The notes under the pieces: model-generated | What the model was told of the DNA's origin: nothing | What the model saw: the letters and a program-made list of their open reading frames with translations, nothing else | Database searches by the model: none | Translations under genes and position numbers: made by a program | Assembly: GCA_010093815.1 (NCBI GenBank) | Contig: ML996573.1 | Direction: 5' to 3' (one strand) | Origin: Pseudovirgaria hyperparasitica | Taxonomy: Eukaryota | DNA length: 64,000 nucleotides | Shown here: piece by piece, positions 11,120 to 21,625 of the stretch | How positions within the stretch are numbered: the stretch's first letter is position 1 | How the letters are laid out: each line of letters begins with the position of its first letter

Positions 11120-14100
11120 AGGCTGGTATGAGCTGGTGCACAATCTGGAACTACCACAGAGGCGAAGACGCCGACAAAGGCCACCACCATAATTATTGCA
11201 CGAATCATGAACTGCAGGGCTCTTGGCCGTACATTCTGGAACAAACCTTATCCAAACAACAACACATACCACTGTGTCATCCGCAATCCTGTAGCCCCCC
11301 GGCCACCGGACACCTACATTTGAACGCCAGGGTGTGCATCAGATTCGAAAAGGCGGCTAATACTTCTGTTGTCGAAGGCAGCCATGAAGCTTAGCCTCCA
11401 CGCACCACCTTTGATGGTCCAAGAGCGCACCCACCAATCTCGCCAAACGAGATGGCCGCAGGAAAGCATGTATCAGACGTTGGAGGTAGACCACTTACCT
11501 ATTCGGGCCACGTATGATTCAGTGCATCGTACCAGCGTCTCCGGAGCCTCACCTCGTAGAGTTCCATTAGGTGTCCTTCATACTATATCTGAAAACTCTG
11601 ATTTTTCTTCAAACTCTGTATTTTCTGGTCTAGACTCCCAAGTCCTTCTCTCGTCTCATGTGCCCGTTCAGCAAGGATATTCCGTCTCCTTGTTCCCCTC
11701 CCTGTTCAAGGTCTAACCTCTCGCGCATTATACTCACAATACCGACACCACTCCCTGCGGCCAAACGCGCAACGCTCTTCTTACACTTCGTATAACGAGA
11801 CCGGCGCCAGTAGATGAACACGCATCCGCCAGCATGCGCGCCGACGCTGGCGCACTACCACGGACTCTACCACTTCTCTGCAGTCGCCAAGTTCCCCCTG
11901 TGAAGTTTTTCTATACGGTAAATTACACATGTCAGCACGTCCCTTCGATATCTGGTCCACTACTCAAGTTCCCGCGCGCCATTGACTCAACGTACCACGA
12001 GGGAAGCCCGCGGGATGCTGAGCGAAGTTCTCGGGTCCCGGAATATGGGACGATGGGACCCAAGGCAGGACGCCGGCGAGTACAGTGCTTTTGTCGTGCC
12101 TGGTATCATGACAACGACTCCTTTTGATGCCTTATAGAGGCTGGGCGTACTCAAAGGCACACGGGGTCCCACAAACCTGTCTTGTGTGCGCGCAAGACAA
12201 CATCTTGACCTGCCTGCTCTCCAGGCATGGCAAATCGAAGTAATCTACACAGGACACAATTTGTTCCGAGCGCGGTTTCGGACTCTTTGCGCGACCGCAC
12301 CAGCAGTTAAATCACCCCCTTTTTTTTTTCCCCAAAGTTTCAGGTCTGAAAGCGCGACGCGATATTAGGACGTCTTTCGTACAGTGACATTTCGCGACAC
12401 GTCCGCGCTCCCGATTGAGTTTGCCCATTGCTTTCCCTCGCGCGACCTTTCTCCCCCCCTCCCTCCTCTTGGTAAACATGGACCACCACCAACCAGCCAG
12501 CCCGCCAGCCTAGGCTTTTTGCGCAAACTCCTTTTCGTCGGGCCACCGAACGTTTCGTCGTCGTCGTCGTCTCTCTCGGAACCATGCGGCTCGGAATAGG
12601 CATGGCATCCCCGCCCGCCGCGCGCAAGGCTAGGGGGGGGACGGAGAACCCCATCCCCGTACCCAGGAACCCAGGGCGCGCCGTTCGAGAAAAAGGGCCC
12701 CCCCCCTTCCCTTTCTCCCATCCTGCCTCCCTCCTCCCTTTCTTCCTCGAATAGTAGCCAATTCGCAGGGTGGCTGGCTGGCTGGCTGGCCGCAGTAACA
12801 CAGACACACACGTCACGTCGCGTCGCACATTGTTGCAGGTCGCGATATGTCGTCCCTTTTTCCCCCGCGAAATCTCCTAAGAATAGCTCACTTATTTTGC
12901 TCGGTGGTAGCACACAAGTTTCAACTGCTACAAAGGGAGGGAGGGAGGAAAATATATGAGGCTGGCTAGTGGTAGTGGTGCAATGATCAACAACGGGGGT
13001 AAGGTGGGATTTTATTTGGCTGGGGGTCCGGGGGGCGAGCCGGGTGTTCGACGCACGATGACATGATTGCCCCCATCAGCGACCGCCGCGGCTGCCCAGT
13101 CCTCTAGTACACTCTAACTGCTACTAGGCTAGGCATGTAGATAGGTACGTACTACTACTTCCACTAGCAGTCTACCCTCTACACACCCGGCGGCCGGTAC
13201 ACTAACTGCTACCACTACTAAATAATTCCCAAGAAAACTTAAAAAGAATCTTCCCAACCCCACAGGTAATTTAGGCTAGTTGGTTGGTTAGTTGGTTAGT
13301 TGTTTAGGCAGGGCAGTCTTGGGGGAGAGGGGGGGCCGGGGGGGAGGCGGGTGGATGCTAGGCGCAAGGTTCGAACGTTCGAAGCGCAAAACGCTAAATG
13401 AGGCTTCTAGAAGGGGGGCGGGAGATTTTTAAGTTACCCGTTTCTAGAAAAGAGAGAGAAATGAAGGGGAAGGAGAAAAGCAAAAAAAAGTTGTCGGAAA
13501 TCGAAAACGTACGATGCATATGGTATGGGTTAAAACTCTCTGTGTTTTTTTTTGGTTTCCAATTGTTTGATATTTGATTGTTTAGGGACAGGGGGGGCCG
13601 GGCGGTGATTATTCGTTATGGGACCCACGGTGTGGGAGTTGGTTGTATGTGTATGTGTGTTTTGGTGGTGAGATGTGGGGATTGGGATTGGGATGGGGAT
13701 GGGGGGAGAGATGGGGCTGGGTGAGGCGGGATGTTTCGACGATTCATGTGGGGAAGTAAGGGATGATGCATCCAGGAAAAGGGAAAGGAACAAACCATGG
13801 CTGGGGGATTTATTTTCCGATGGATGGATATGATATTTTGGGATGTGGCTGTGCTGTGTGCTGCTGTGTGTGCTGCTGTGTTATGGCTATCTAATATTAT
13901 AATGGAATATAAGATGTTGGAACTAAGAATAGGTCTGCTTGTGCTGTGCTGTGCTTGCTTACTGTCTAACCGACCATCTAACTTGATGACTTTGGCAATC
14001 ATATGTATAGATAGATGTAGTGTCTATAGGGTTTATTGCTTCGCTCGTTTAATGGGTATAACGGGGACTTTGTGTTCTACTAGGATTAAAAACTCCACTT

Positions 14101-14359
14101 GCGCTCTTGTATGTATATATGTATGTATATAGACATGTATTAGGGGTAGGCACTTGTACCATACGATCTCTACTTCTATGTATATGTATGTATACATACA
14201 TACAACCCCGAGGTATAAACTATCCTCTCCCCTCGGACTACATCTGTCTAGCTAATAGATAGATAGATATAAACTACGAAGAGGTTCATTCGTTAGTCTA
14301 TCAATCCATCAATGAAGTAGTCAAGCAGTCACGAAAAGGTCAAAGTATAGTGCGTATAA

Positions 14360-14490
14360 TAGTGGTAGTAGTAGGTAGTGGATAGTAGATAGTAGGTAGT
14401 AGGTAGTAGGTAGTAGGTAGTAGGTAGTAGGTAGTAGGCAGTAGGCAGTAGGCAGTAGGTAGTAAGTAGTAGGCAGTAGATAGTATAAGT
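14360..14490. repeat. (GGTAGTA)n microsatellite, partly degenerate
   Basis: Directly visible 7-mer repeats. Confidence 0.9.
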
Positions 14491-15484
14491 ATATAGAAGC
14501 GAACTACGATATAGGAACATGATAACGAATATAACGATAATAACGACTACAATAATAATAATATGGTTGGTTCGTTAGTCAGATGGCAAGGAAGTATAAG
14601 TGTAAGTGTAAGTGTATATATACTATACATATACCATGCATGTTAATTGTCATTGTGGTTACAATGCTGTACGTGTATACACATCCATCTATCTCCCTGT
14701 AATCAATCTTCCCTACCCATCTATTCATCTCCCTCCCTCCCTCCCAATCATCTACCCATCCCCCTCCCCATCCCCAATATACCCCTTACTCTTCACGAAT
14801 ACTAAGTTATCCGTCAGACGTCGTCAAAGGAGGAGGATAGGCCCTGACCTGACTTCAACCCGACTCGACTTCAACCCAACCTGTCATTCCTTCAACCCAG
14901 ACTTTTAACCCTCAAGCCAGACCAAACATCCGTTTGACACCCGACTTATCTTTTAGATCCGACTCGATTTCATTCATTCCAACACCAACACCAACACCAA
15001 CTCACCAACTCCAAAACTCCAAAACTCCAAACTCCAAAACTCCTTACGTCCCGCCTTTCCGCACCACACACACAGTCCACACCCTTCCTCACCCTTCCAT
15101 ACACACACACATACATACATAAACATACCCATACAAACTCCCCCTTCTCCCCGTCTCCAACCCCCCTGACTCACGACCACGACCACGACCACAAAAACAA
15201 CCCACGCCTCCCCGGCCCCCGCCTCCGCCTCCCCCGCCTTCCCTTCCCTCTCCTCTTCGCTTCCCCTTTCCCCCGGCCAGCTCTTCCCCTCCCCGCCAGT
15301 CCTTGCCCCGCACACAGCATAACGGCGTAGCATAGCACAGCACACTATCACAGCACAGCACAACGGCGCAGCGCAGCGCAGCACAGCAAAGCAAAGCACA
15401 GCAATCACCGACAAGGATGAATAGACAGACAGACAGACAGACCCAAATCAATCCATCCACCTTCCACGCACGCACGCCATATAC

Positions 15485-15546
15485 CACAACAACACACAAC
15501 ACAACAACACACAACACAACAACACACAACACAACAACACACACAA
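15485..15546. repeat. CA-rich minisatellite, (ACAACACACAAC..)n
   Basis: Directly visible repeats. Confidence 0.85.
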
Positions 15547-16372
15547 ATCGAGGACGTGACTGACCCTAAGACGTACTAGACAGATAGATAGATAAATCAA
15601 GCGAGCGAGCGAGTGAACCGGAAAAGGTCAACAGCCAAGAAGTAGTAGTCACAGTCTCACACGTATACAGCTTCAAATGTCAAAATGTCAAGAACAAGTA
15701 AAATCGTTTCAACAAACTCCACAAGCCCATTGTTCAAAATGCCATGGTCGTTTTTATAATATATATATAAATGTATATATGTGAAACAAACACACACATC
15801 CCATCATCATCATCTAGTACAAGGAGCCGCCACCAAACCCCCCTTTTCCCCCAATCCTTGTCCCCACACCCCGCCCCCTTGTCCCCGTCGAGAGGGGGGG
15901 CGTTCAATCATGGATATTGGTATCAAAAAGGAAAAAAAGAAAAGAAAAAAAAAAGACAAGGAATACAATACGCAGCCAGCCATTACTGCTTGGCTTGGCT
16001 GTCGCGCCGACCCAGAATCCATGTCCCATGTCCCATGTCCCATGTCAGAGCGAGTGATAATACAACGAGTGAGCCTTCGAGGCGTAATGTGTCTATAGTA
16101 TGCATGCGAGTGGCCAACACAGACAGGAGATTCGTCATGGGCTGTGCGTGCGTGGTGAGGAAAATATTGGAAACAAGTAACGAAGTGGATCCATGTCTAG
16201 ATTTGGTTCAAGAGCTTGATGTCGAGGACCTTGTGCCTCAAGAGGTAGAGCTCGAGTAAAATTGCAGCCACTTTCTGTAGCGGGCATCAAGCCGGGTATA
16301 TGAGAGAAAGGGAATAAATAGATAAGAAAAAAGGGCAGTAGACGAGAATAGAGTGTGTTTGTGAAACTTTTT

Positions 16373-19300
16373 TTAGCCCCGGCTGAACGAAGAGTCCGTA
16401 TCAGTGCGGATCGTGGTCGCGCGGCTGATCGGGAGGGAAGGAGTTTCGCAGTCCCCGCGCGGCCGTGACTTGTTCCTTTTGTTTTGCGAGTTGGATCTGC
16501 TTAGCACTCGACTGAAGATGCCTCGATGGCCGGATCTACCGTCAATCGAGGGCGAGTTGGGGTTGCTGTCAAAGTAATTCGTCTCGTGAATGGGCACGTG
16601 ATCAGCCTTTTCAATCTTGCAGAACAGCGTCGAGAAGAGGTATTGCTCGCCGTTGGTGTTGTACAAGGGCAGATGGCGATAGCCCTCTTGCAGAGTGCTC
16701 AGCTTAGCAGTGAATATTGCAAGCGGCTGGCCGCTGGTGTTCGCATTCGTGCCATCCGGCGAGTTCCACACAGACCACCGTACGAATACGAGGCTGGGAT
16801 ATTTGGTCTCCAGGGTCATGGTGATGTTTTCGCTCCAGTTCGGGTCGTAGCCGTTGTTGCCGACTGGGCGGGTTCGCTTGCGAAGCGGAGATCCAATCCC
16901 CGAAATGCCGTCCCGAGATGACGCGTCGAGGCCACCTTCTCCACTTGCGATGCCGCGCCGCTTGTCGTCTGCGCAGAACATCTCAAACTCGACGTACGGG
17001 TTGATGTTCGTGTCCGTGCTGACATTATAGGGACGTGGAAGCTGCTGGGCCGAGATGATGTTGACCGAGAAGCTGACTTGTTTCTTGGGCTTGTTCTTTG
17101 GGCCGGCAAACTTCCCAAGAAAGTCGCTATCCTCATATCGAAGCTCGGCAGGCTTCAAGACGTAGCCAGAACGATCGCTGCCTGTAGCGAACATGGCGTC
17201 GTTGATTTGACGTCCCACATCGTATGTCTGCCAATTGAGAGCGGCCATCTGGACACCCTTGCGCCAATATTTCAGAGGATCAAAGTTGGACGAATTGATG
17301 CGCCTGGGCCCCGGATAGACCCGCATCAGGTGCAACATATTGTGTGCCTCAAGGAGTGCCTTGCTCTCAGATCCCGGCTTGCACCGTGCCTCAAAGGTTC
17401 GCTCGCCAAAGGAGAAGATGTGATTGTAGCTCTGTGCTGCCGGTGACTTGAAATCCGTAAACTTGAGTCCCTGAGTGTACACGGCCAGCTCTCCAAGGAC
17501 TGATGCAATCTTGCTGGTCTTCTTTCGTGCTCCCTTTTCCGACTTGAACGATGGCGGGCTGTCACTGTCATCGGCGGAACTGGCCAACGTCAACTGGGTT
17601 CCTGCCGAGGTAGCTGCTGATGTTCGGGGCGAGGAGAAGAATGAGGTGGTGCGCTCGGGCGGGCTTATCGATGTCGGGCTGGCGGCCAATGGGGCGTTTG
17701 GAACGAGGCTATTGTCCATCGCTACAGGCCTTGACCATGGCGAGCTGAAGCTCCTCTGGCGCCTGTGTGGTGGGGCTGACGGGGTTAGGATGGTCTCCTT
17801 GATGACTGGCATCTCGCGTCCCTCGAGCGTCTTTGCAGTTTGCGGCTCACGGTTCTCGACTGCCGACTTGACTTTGATGAGGATCTTGTTCCTCAGCCGT
17901 TCGGGAGAAGGCAGTTCGTCGCGGTCGTCGATTGGGCGTAGTATCAGTGCGTCGCCAAACTCCCTCTTCATCGTTTCAGTCATGACTGCCTGTTGTTGCT
18001 CATTGCAGTGAACCTCGAGTGAGATGATGAGTGGGTACGGAGATGCTACAAAGGCGTATTTGTTGACAACCTTGATGCATTCAGCAAATGAGCAGCTCGT
18101 CGTGAAAGTGCGGCCATGGGAGACTATCGGCTTTCCGTCACTGCCATCCCAGCAGTCGATCTCGATGCACCTGCATCCTCTTTGAAGCGGGAGAATGTAT
18201 GCGTCAGGGCTAGATTCGCCAGCGACCTGTCGGCCAAGAAGGTATGTGTTGTGCGAGCTCGAGACAAAGTACTCGTTGAGTGGGCGATCCAACGTGTATT
18301 CCTTTGGTGGCGGCCGGAGTATGGAGTTGTAGGAAGAGGTCAAGAACTGTGAGAAATGTTGCCACGACATCAATGGCATAGACTCGCTTGCTCCTTCACT
18401 CTTCTTTGGAACGCGCGAGCATTTCGCAAAAGCCTCATTCCAGTGTTCGAGATTGGCGTCCACGTCAACTTTCTGTATGTTGCGGAGAAAGGAGAAGAAG
18501 CTCGCACGGTCCAGTCCTTCTTGATCCTGACCCTTGATCTCACGGTACAGGCTCTTGATGTCCTTTCTGTCCTTGAGGCGCCGCACAAATGCCAGGAATT
18601 GTGATTGATCCAGATATCCAGAATTGTCAGCGTCTGCTTTGTCAAAGTGCCAGCGAATGGCATTCTCGGTAGAATTGATGTGAAGTTTGCGACAAATTTG
18701 AAGAATGCTCGGGTAGTCAAGCTTCTCCTCGGACTCGTCATGCGACGTGCTGCCAAACTTCTGATCCATCGTATTGCGCCAGAATATCTTCGCGCTCTTC
18801 TCTGCAGTGCCGGCGAGGCCTGCCATGAGGTCGATGCGACGTCGCGACACCGAGTCAAGTGTGCTCGTCCATAGGGTGAAGGTGGCCTCGTCAGGGGCAA
18901 TGAGGTGAAGGAATTTCGTCTTCTTTCCTTTGGACCGGTCGCCGTCGCAGGAGTATGTGATGGTGAACCAAAACGGTTCGTAGGCAACGTCGACGCCGCA
19001 CTCCTCGCGGAAAGATCTAGCTTCCGCGCGTGTTCGAATGTCCTTGATATCGTCGATGAAGAATTGCTTGGTTTTGGAAAAGACGTCCCACGAGACCTTG
19101 GCCAAGACTTCATCCAGACAGAATCTCACATTCTTTCTCTTCTTCTTCGTGACCTTGGACAGCAGACTGCCAATCTGGAGTCTCGAAGAACGTACTGGAG
19201 CTTCGGCGCGCCCTTCTGGTATCGATTGCATCATTGACTTTGGAGCAGTGATGCCGAGACCGTTCAATTGCGTGGTAAGGGGTGAATGTTCACCGCCTTC

Positions 19301-19843
19301 TCCGTCGTCACTGTCCTCGTCATCATCATAGTATTCCAGCTCCAGGTCAGAGATCTCATGATGCTCCGTGAAGCCTCTGCTGTCGCGTCTCCTTCTCATA
19401 ATTGTTGGACCCAAGCTATTCTCGCGTTGTTGATTTGTAGCAGAGCCCCGACGACGAGGCATTCTGGCGCGATTCGAGATTCGGCGGAAGAGGTTCCCCT
19501 TGGAGATGGGAGCTTCGGAGTGAGCGGAAGGAGAGGCGGCAGGCGGTGGTGACACGGCGGGCGACTGCCATGGTTCAGGCAGGGTGAAGGAGGTTGGTAG
19601 AGAGTGAGGGACCAGATCCGAAGGCGCCGGGCCCTCGGGGGAGGTTTGTAATGAGCTTCCCATGTCTAGCATAGGACTTGTTCGTGAAGACGGTATGCTT
19701 GTAGCGGAAGGAGGCTTTGTAGCGAGAGGGATTGCAGTGATGAATGAAGTGATTGAGGTTGGGTATGGTTGTTTCTTAAACTGTAGTAGAGCAGCATTCT
19801 GCAATGACTCTTGCGAGGCAGGTAATAAGGTCGGTAGATTCAT
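16373..19843 (-). CDS. PLC1: Phosphoinositide-specific phospholipase C (PH, EF-hand, X, Y, C2 domains), intronless; start codon uncertain
   Basis: X box EYFVSSSHNTYL..GCRCIEIDCWDG..HGRT..PYPLIISLEVHC; Y box LMRVYP..RINSSNFDP..GVQMAALNWQ..GYVLKP; C2 IISAQQLP..NNGYDPNW..GYRHLPL; EF-hand DADNSGYLD. Confidence 0.96.
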   Translation of the reverse strand: MNLPTLLPASQESLQNAALLQFKKQPYPTSITSFITAIPLATKPPSATSIPSSRTSPMLDMGSSLQTSPEGPAPSDLVPHSLPTSFTLPEPWQSPAVSPPPAASPSAHSEAPISKGNLFRRISNRARMPRRRGSATNQQRENSLGPTIMRRRRDSRGFTEHHEISDLELEYYDDDEDSDDGEGGEHSPLTTQLNGLGITAPKSMMQSIPEGRAEAPVRSSRLQIGSLLSKVTKKKRKNVRFCLDEVLAKVSWDVFSKTKQFFIDDIKDIRTRAEARSFREECGVDVAYEPFWFTITYSCDGDRSKGKKTKFLHLIAPDEATFTLWTSTLDSVSRRRIDLMAGLAGTAEKSAKIFWRNTMDQKFGSTSHDESEEKLDYPSILQICRKLHINSTENAIRWHFDKADADNSGYLDQSQFLAFVRRLKDRKDIKSLYREIKGQDQEGLDRASFFSFLRNIQKVDVDANLEHWNEAFAKCSRVPKKSEGASESMPLMSWQHFSQFLTSSYNSILRPPPKEYTLDRPLNEYFVSSSHNTYLLGRQVAGESSPDAYILPLQRGCRCIEIDCWDGSDGKPIVSHGRTFTTSCSFAECIKVVNKYAFVASPYPLIISLEVHCNEQQQAVMTETMKREFGDALILRPIDDRDELPSPERLRNKILIKVKSAVENREPQTAKTLEGREMPVIKETILTPSAPPHRRQRSFSSPWSRPVAMDNSLVPNAPLAASPTSISPPERTTSFFSSPRTSAATSAGTQLTLASSADDSDSPPSFKSEKGARKKTSKIASVLGELAVYTQGLKFTDFKSPAAQSYNHIFSFGERTFEARCKPGSESKALLEAHNMLHLMRVYPGPRRINSSNFDPLKYWRKGVQMAALNWQTYDVGRQINDAMFATGSDRSGYVLKPAELRYEDSDFLGKFAGPKNKPKKQVSFSVNIISAQQLPRPYNVSTDTNINPYVEFEMFCADDKRRGIASGEGGLDASSRDGISGIGSPLRKRTRPVGNNGYDPNWSENITMTLETKYPSLVFVRWSVWNSPDGTNANTSGQPLAIFTAKLSTLQEGYRHLPLYNTNGEQYLFSTLFCKIEKADHVPIHETNYFDSNPNSPSIDGRSGHRGIFSRVLSRSNSQNKRNKSRPRGDCETPSLPISRATTIRTDTDSSFSRG

Positions 19844-21532
19844 GATTGTGGGTGTAGTCGTGGAGCACGGAGGCAGACAGGCTGCTGGCTAAGAAGGGCG
19901 TTGAGACATGACTTTTTGTATTTTTTGGATTGCGAATGAATAGTTGGATGAGTCGCAGCGACAAGACCAGCGAAAAAGAACGTGGCAGCTCTTATGGGCT
20001 TCAGAACATGGTACAAGGATTGGCGTGGTATCGGAAAGAGTTTCAGAGAGGAGGAGAGCTGCTGCTGCTGCTGCTGCTGCGGAGAAGCAGGCGGGATTGT
20101 GTGTATGCAGGCAATGGCCTAGTGACGGCAGCGTTGGTGATGAGCGAGAGAGTGAGAGAATTTGTGGTGGTGGGCCGACACGATGTCGCGATGCACCCTG
20201 CAGGACTGTACGAAAGCGGCAACAGGATCTGCTTTGTCGTGAAGCGGAATGAAGGACGTGGATTTTTGAAACCGAAACCTGAGCGTACAGGTATTCACCG
20301 GCCGAATGGTGAGGGAGAGTGAGTGTGTGTGTGGTGACGGCAGGAAAAGCCAGGATATGAGCAAATGAGCTGCAAGGACGGGCGGGCGGGATGTACAGCG
20401 GGCTTGGTGTGGTGTGGCGTTTCGTTTGAAGGCAGTGTGTGTGGAGGAGGGTGGTGCAGCAGTCCTTTGAGCAAACACTGATTGAGGTGACAAGAGACAG
20501 TGGATGTTGAGGCGTTTGTTGTGAACGAGACACGAATTGGAGCAGTATAAGGAGAGAGAGAGAGAGAGTGTGTGTGGATGGATGATGGAGAAATAGAATA
20601 AATTTGGGAAGTGTGTGAGTGAAATTGGGTAGAAGTTAAGAAAAGGGAGGGTCAGTCTGAGAGAGAGAGAGTTAAACATGAGGAAGAGGTCATCCTTTAC
20701 CCCCCCCCCCCCCCCCCTCCCCCTCCCCCCCTAGCCTTTCTCTCACATACACACTACCACTACAGTCATAGCCACCCTAGATCCCTTCCATGCCTCTCCT
20801 TCTTTTGTCCTTCCTGGGCCCCGTCGAACGGCCATGGATTGTGTGTGTGGACTGTGTGGAGTCGTGTGGACAGCGTGGACTAAGTGGACTATTAAGGTAT
20901 ACGTTGTCTTGTCTTGCTGCAAACAGACTAATTAGAGAGGGCCAGGAAATCAAAACGGCTGCCCCCCCTCCCCTACGCCGATACCCCAATACGCCAATAA
21001 CCCCCCCCCGGTCTCGCCGCCCAGTTTTGCTGCCTACCCACCCACTTTGCAGCCCACACCCAGCCCGTTTCTCGCCCGTTTGTCGCCCCGTTTTGCTGCC
21101 CGTTTTGCTGCCCACTGTTTGCCCACTGTTGCCCACTGCAGCCCACTAAAGCCCACTAATCAATCATATGGCCCGCTACTTACCTACCTACTACTATGCC
21201 CACCACCGCCCACCACCGCCCACTCTCTCTCGCCCACCGCTGTGGTCTTGGGTCTTGTCCGTCTCCCTAGCTAGCTAACGTCCATCCATTCATTCATTTA
21301 TAACCCCAAACCACCCTATTATCCCCGGTTCTTTACCTCCTCCATCACTGTAATTAATTAATATATACATTCATCTCCATCCCAGTCCCATATATCTCCA
21401 CGTCCACGTCCATCTCCACGTCCGGATCCGGCTTCTCCGCCTTCCCCTTCAACGGGCCTGTAAATCCATTTTAATCCCGATTCCAATCAATTCCATCAAA
21501 TTGAGCAATTATCAGCTTGGCCCTGTTGTATA

Positions 21533-21625
21533 TATGCTACTGTCTATGTTACTCTGTATGCTACTCTGTATGCTACTCTGTATGCTACTCTGTATGTTAC
21601 TCTGTATGCTACTGTGTATGTTACC
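21533..21625. repeat. 12-bp minisatellite (TGTATGCTACTC)n, about 7 copies
   Basis: Directly visible repeats. Confidence 0.9.

Noticed and set aside
13360..13395. GGTTCGAA T-loop-like motif suggesting a tRNA
   Set aside because: No cloverleaf stems or A box around it; I recognised no tRNA or rRNA gene in the window.
11300..15600. Telomerase RNA locus (G1/S-like motifs; ATAAGT on the minus strand near 12890)
   Set aside because: I found no full TAACCCTAA-type template on either strand and no branch point after the ATAAGT.
12340..16260. Many 60-180 aa ORFs between IMP4 and PLC1
   Set aside because: Translations of microsatellite or low-complexity DNA.
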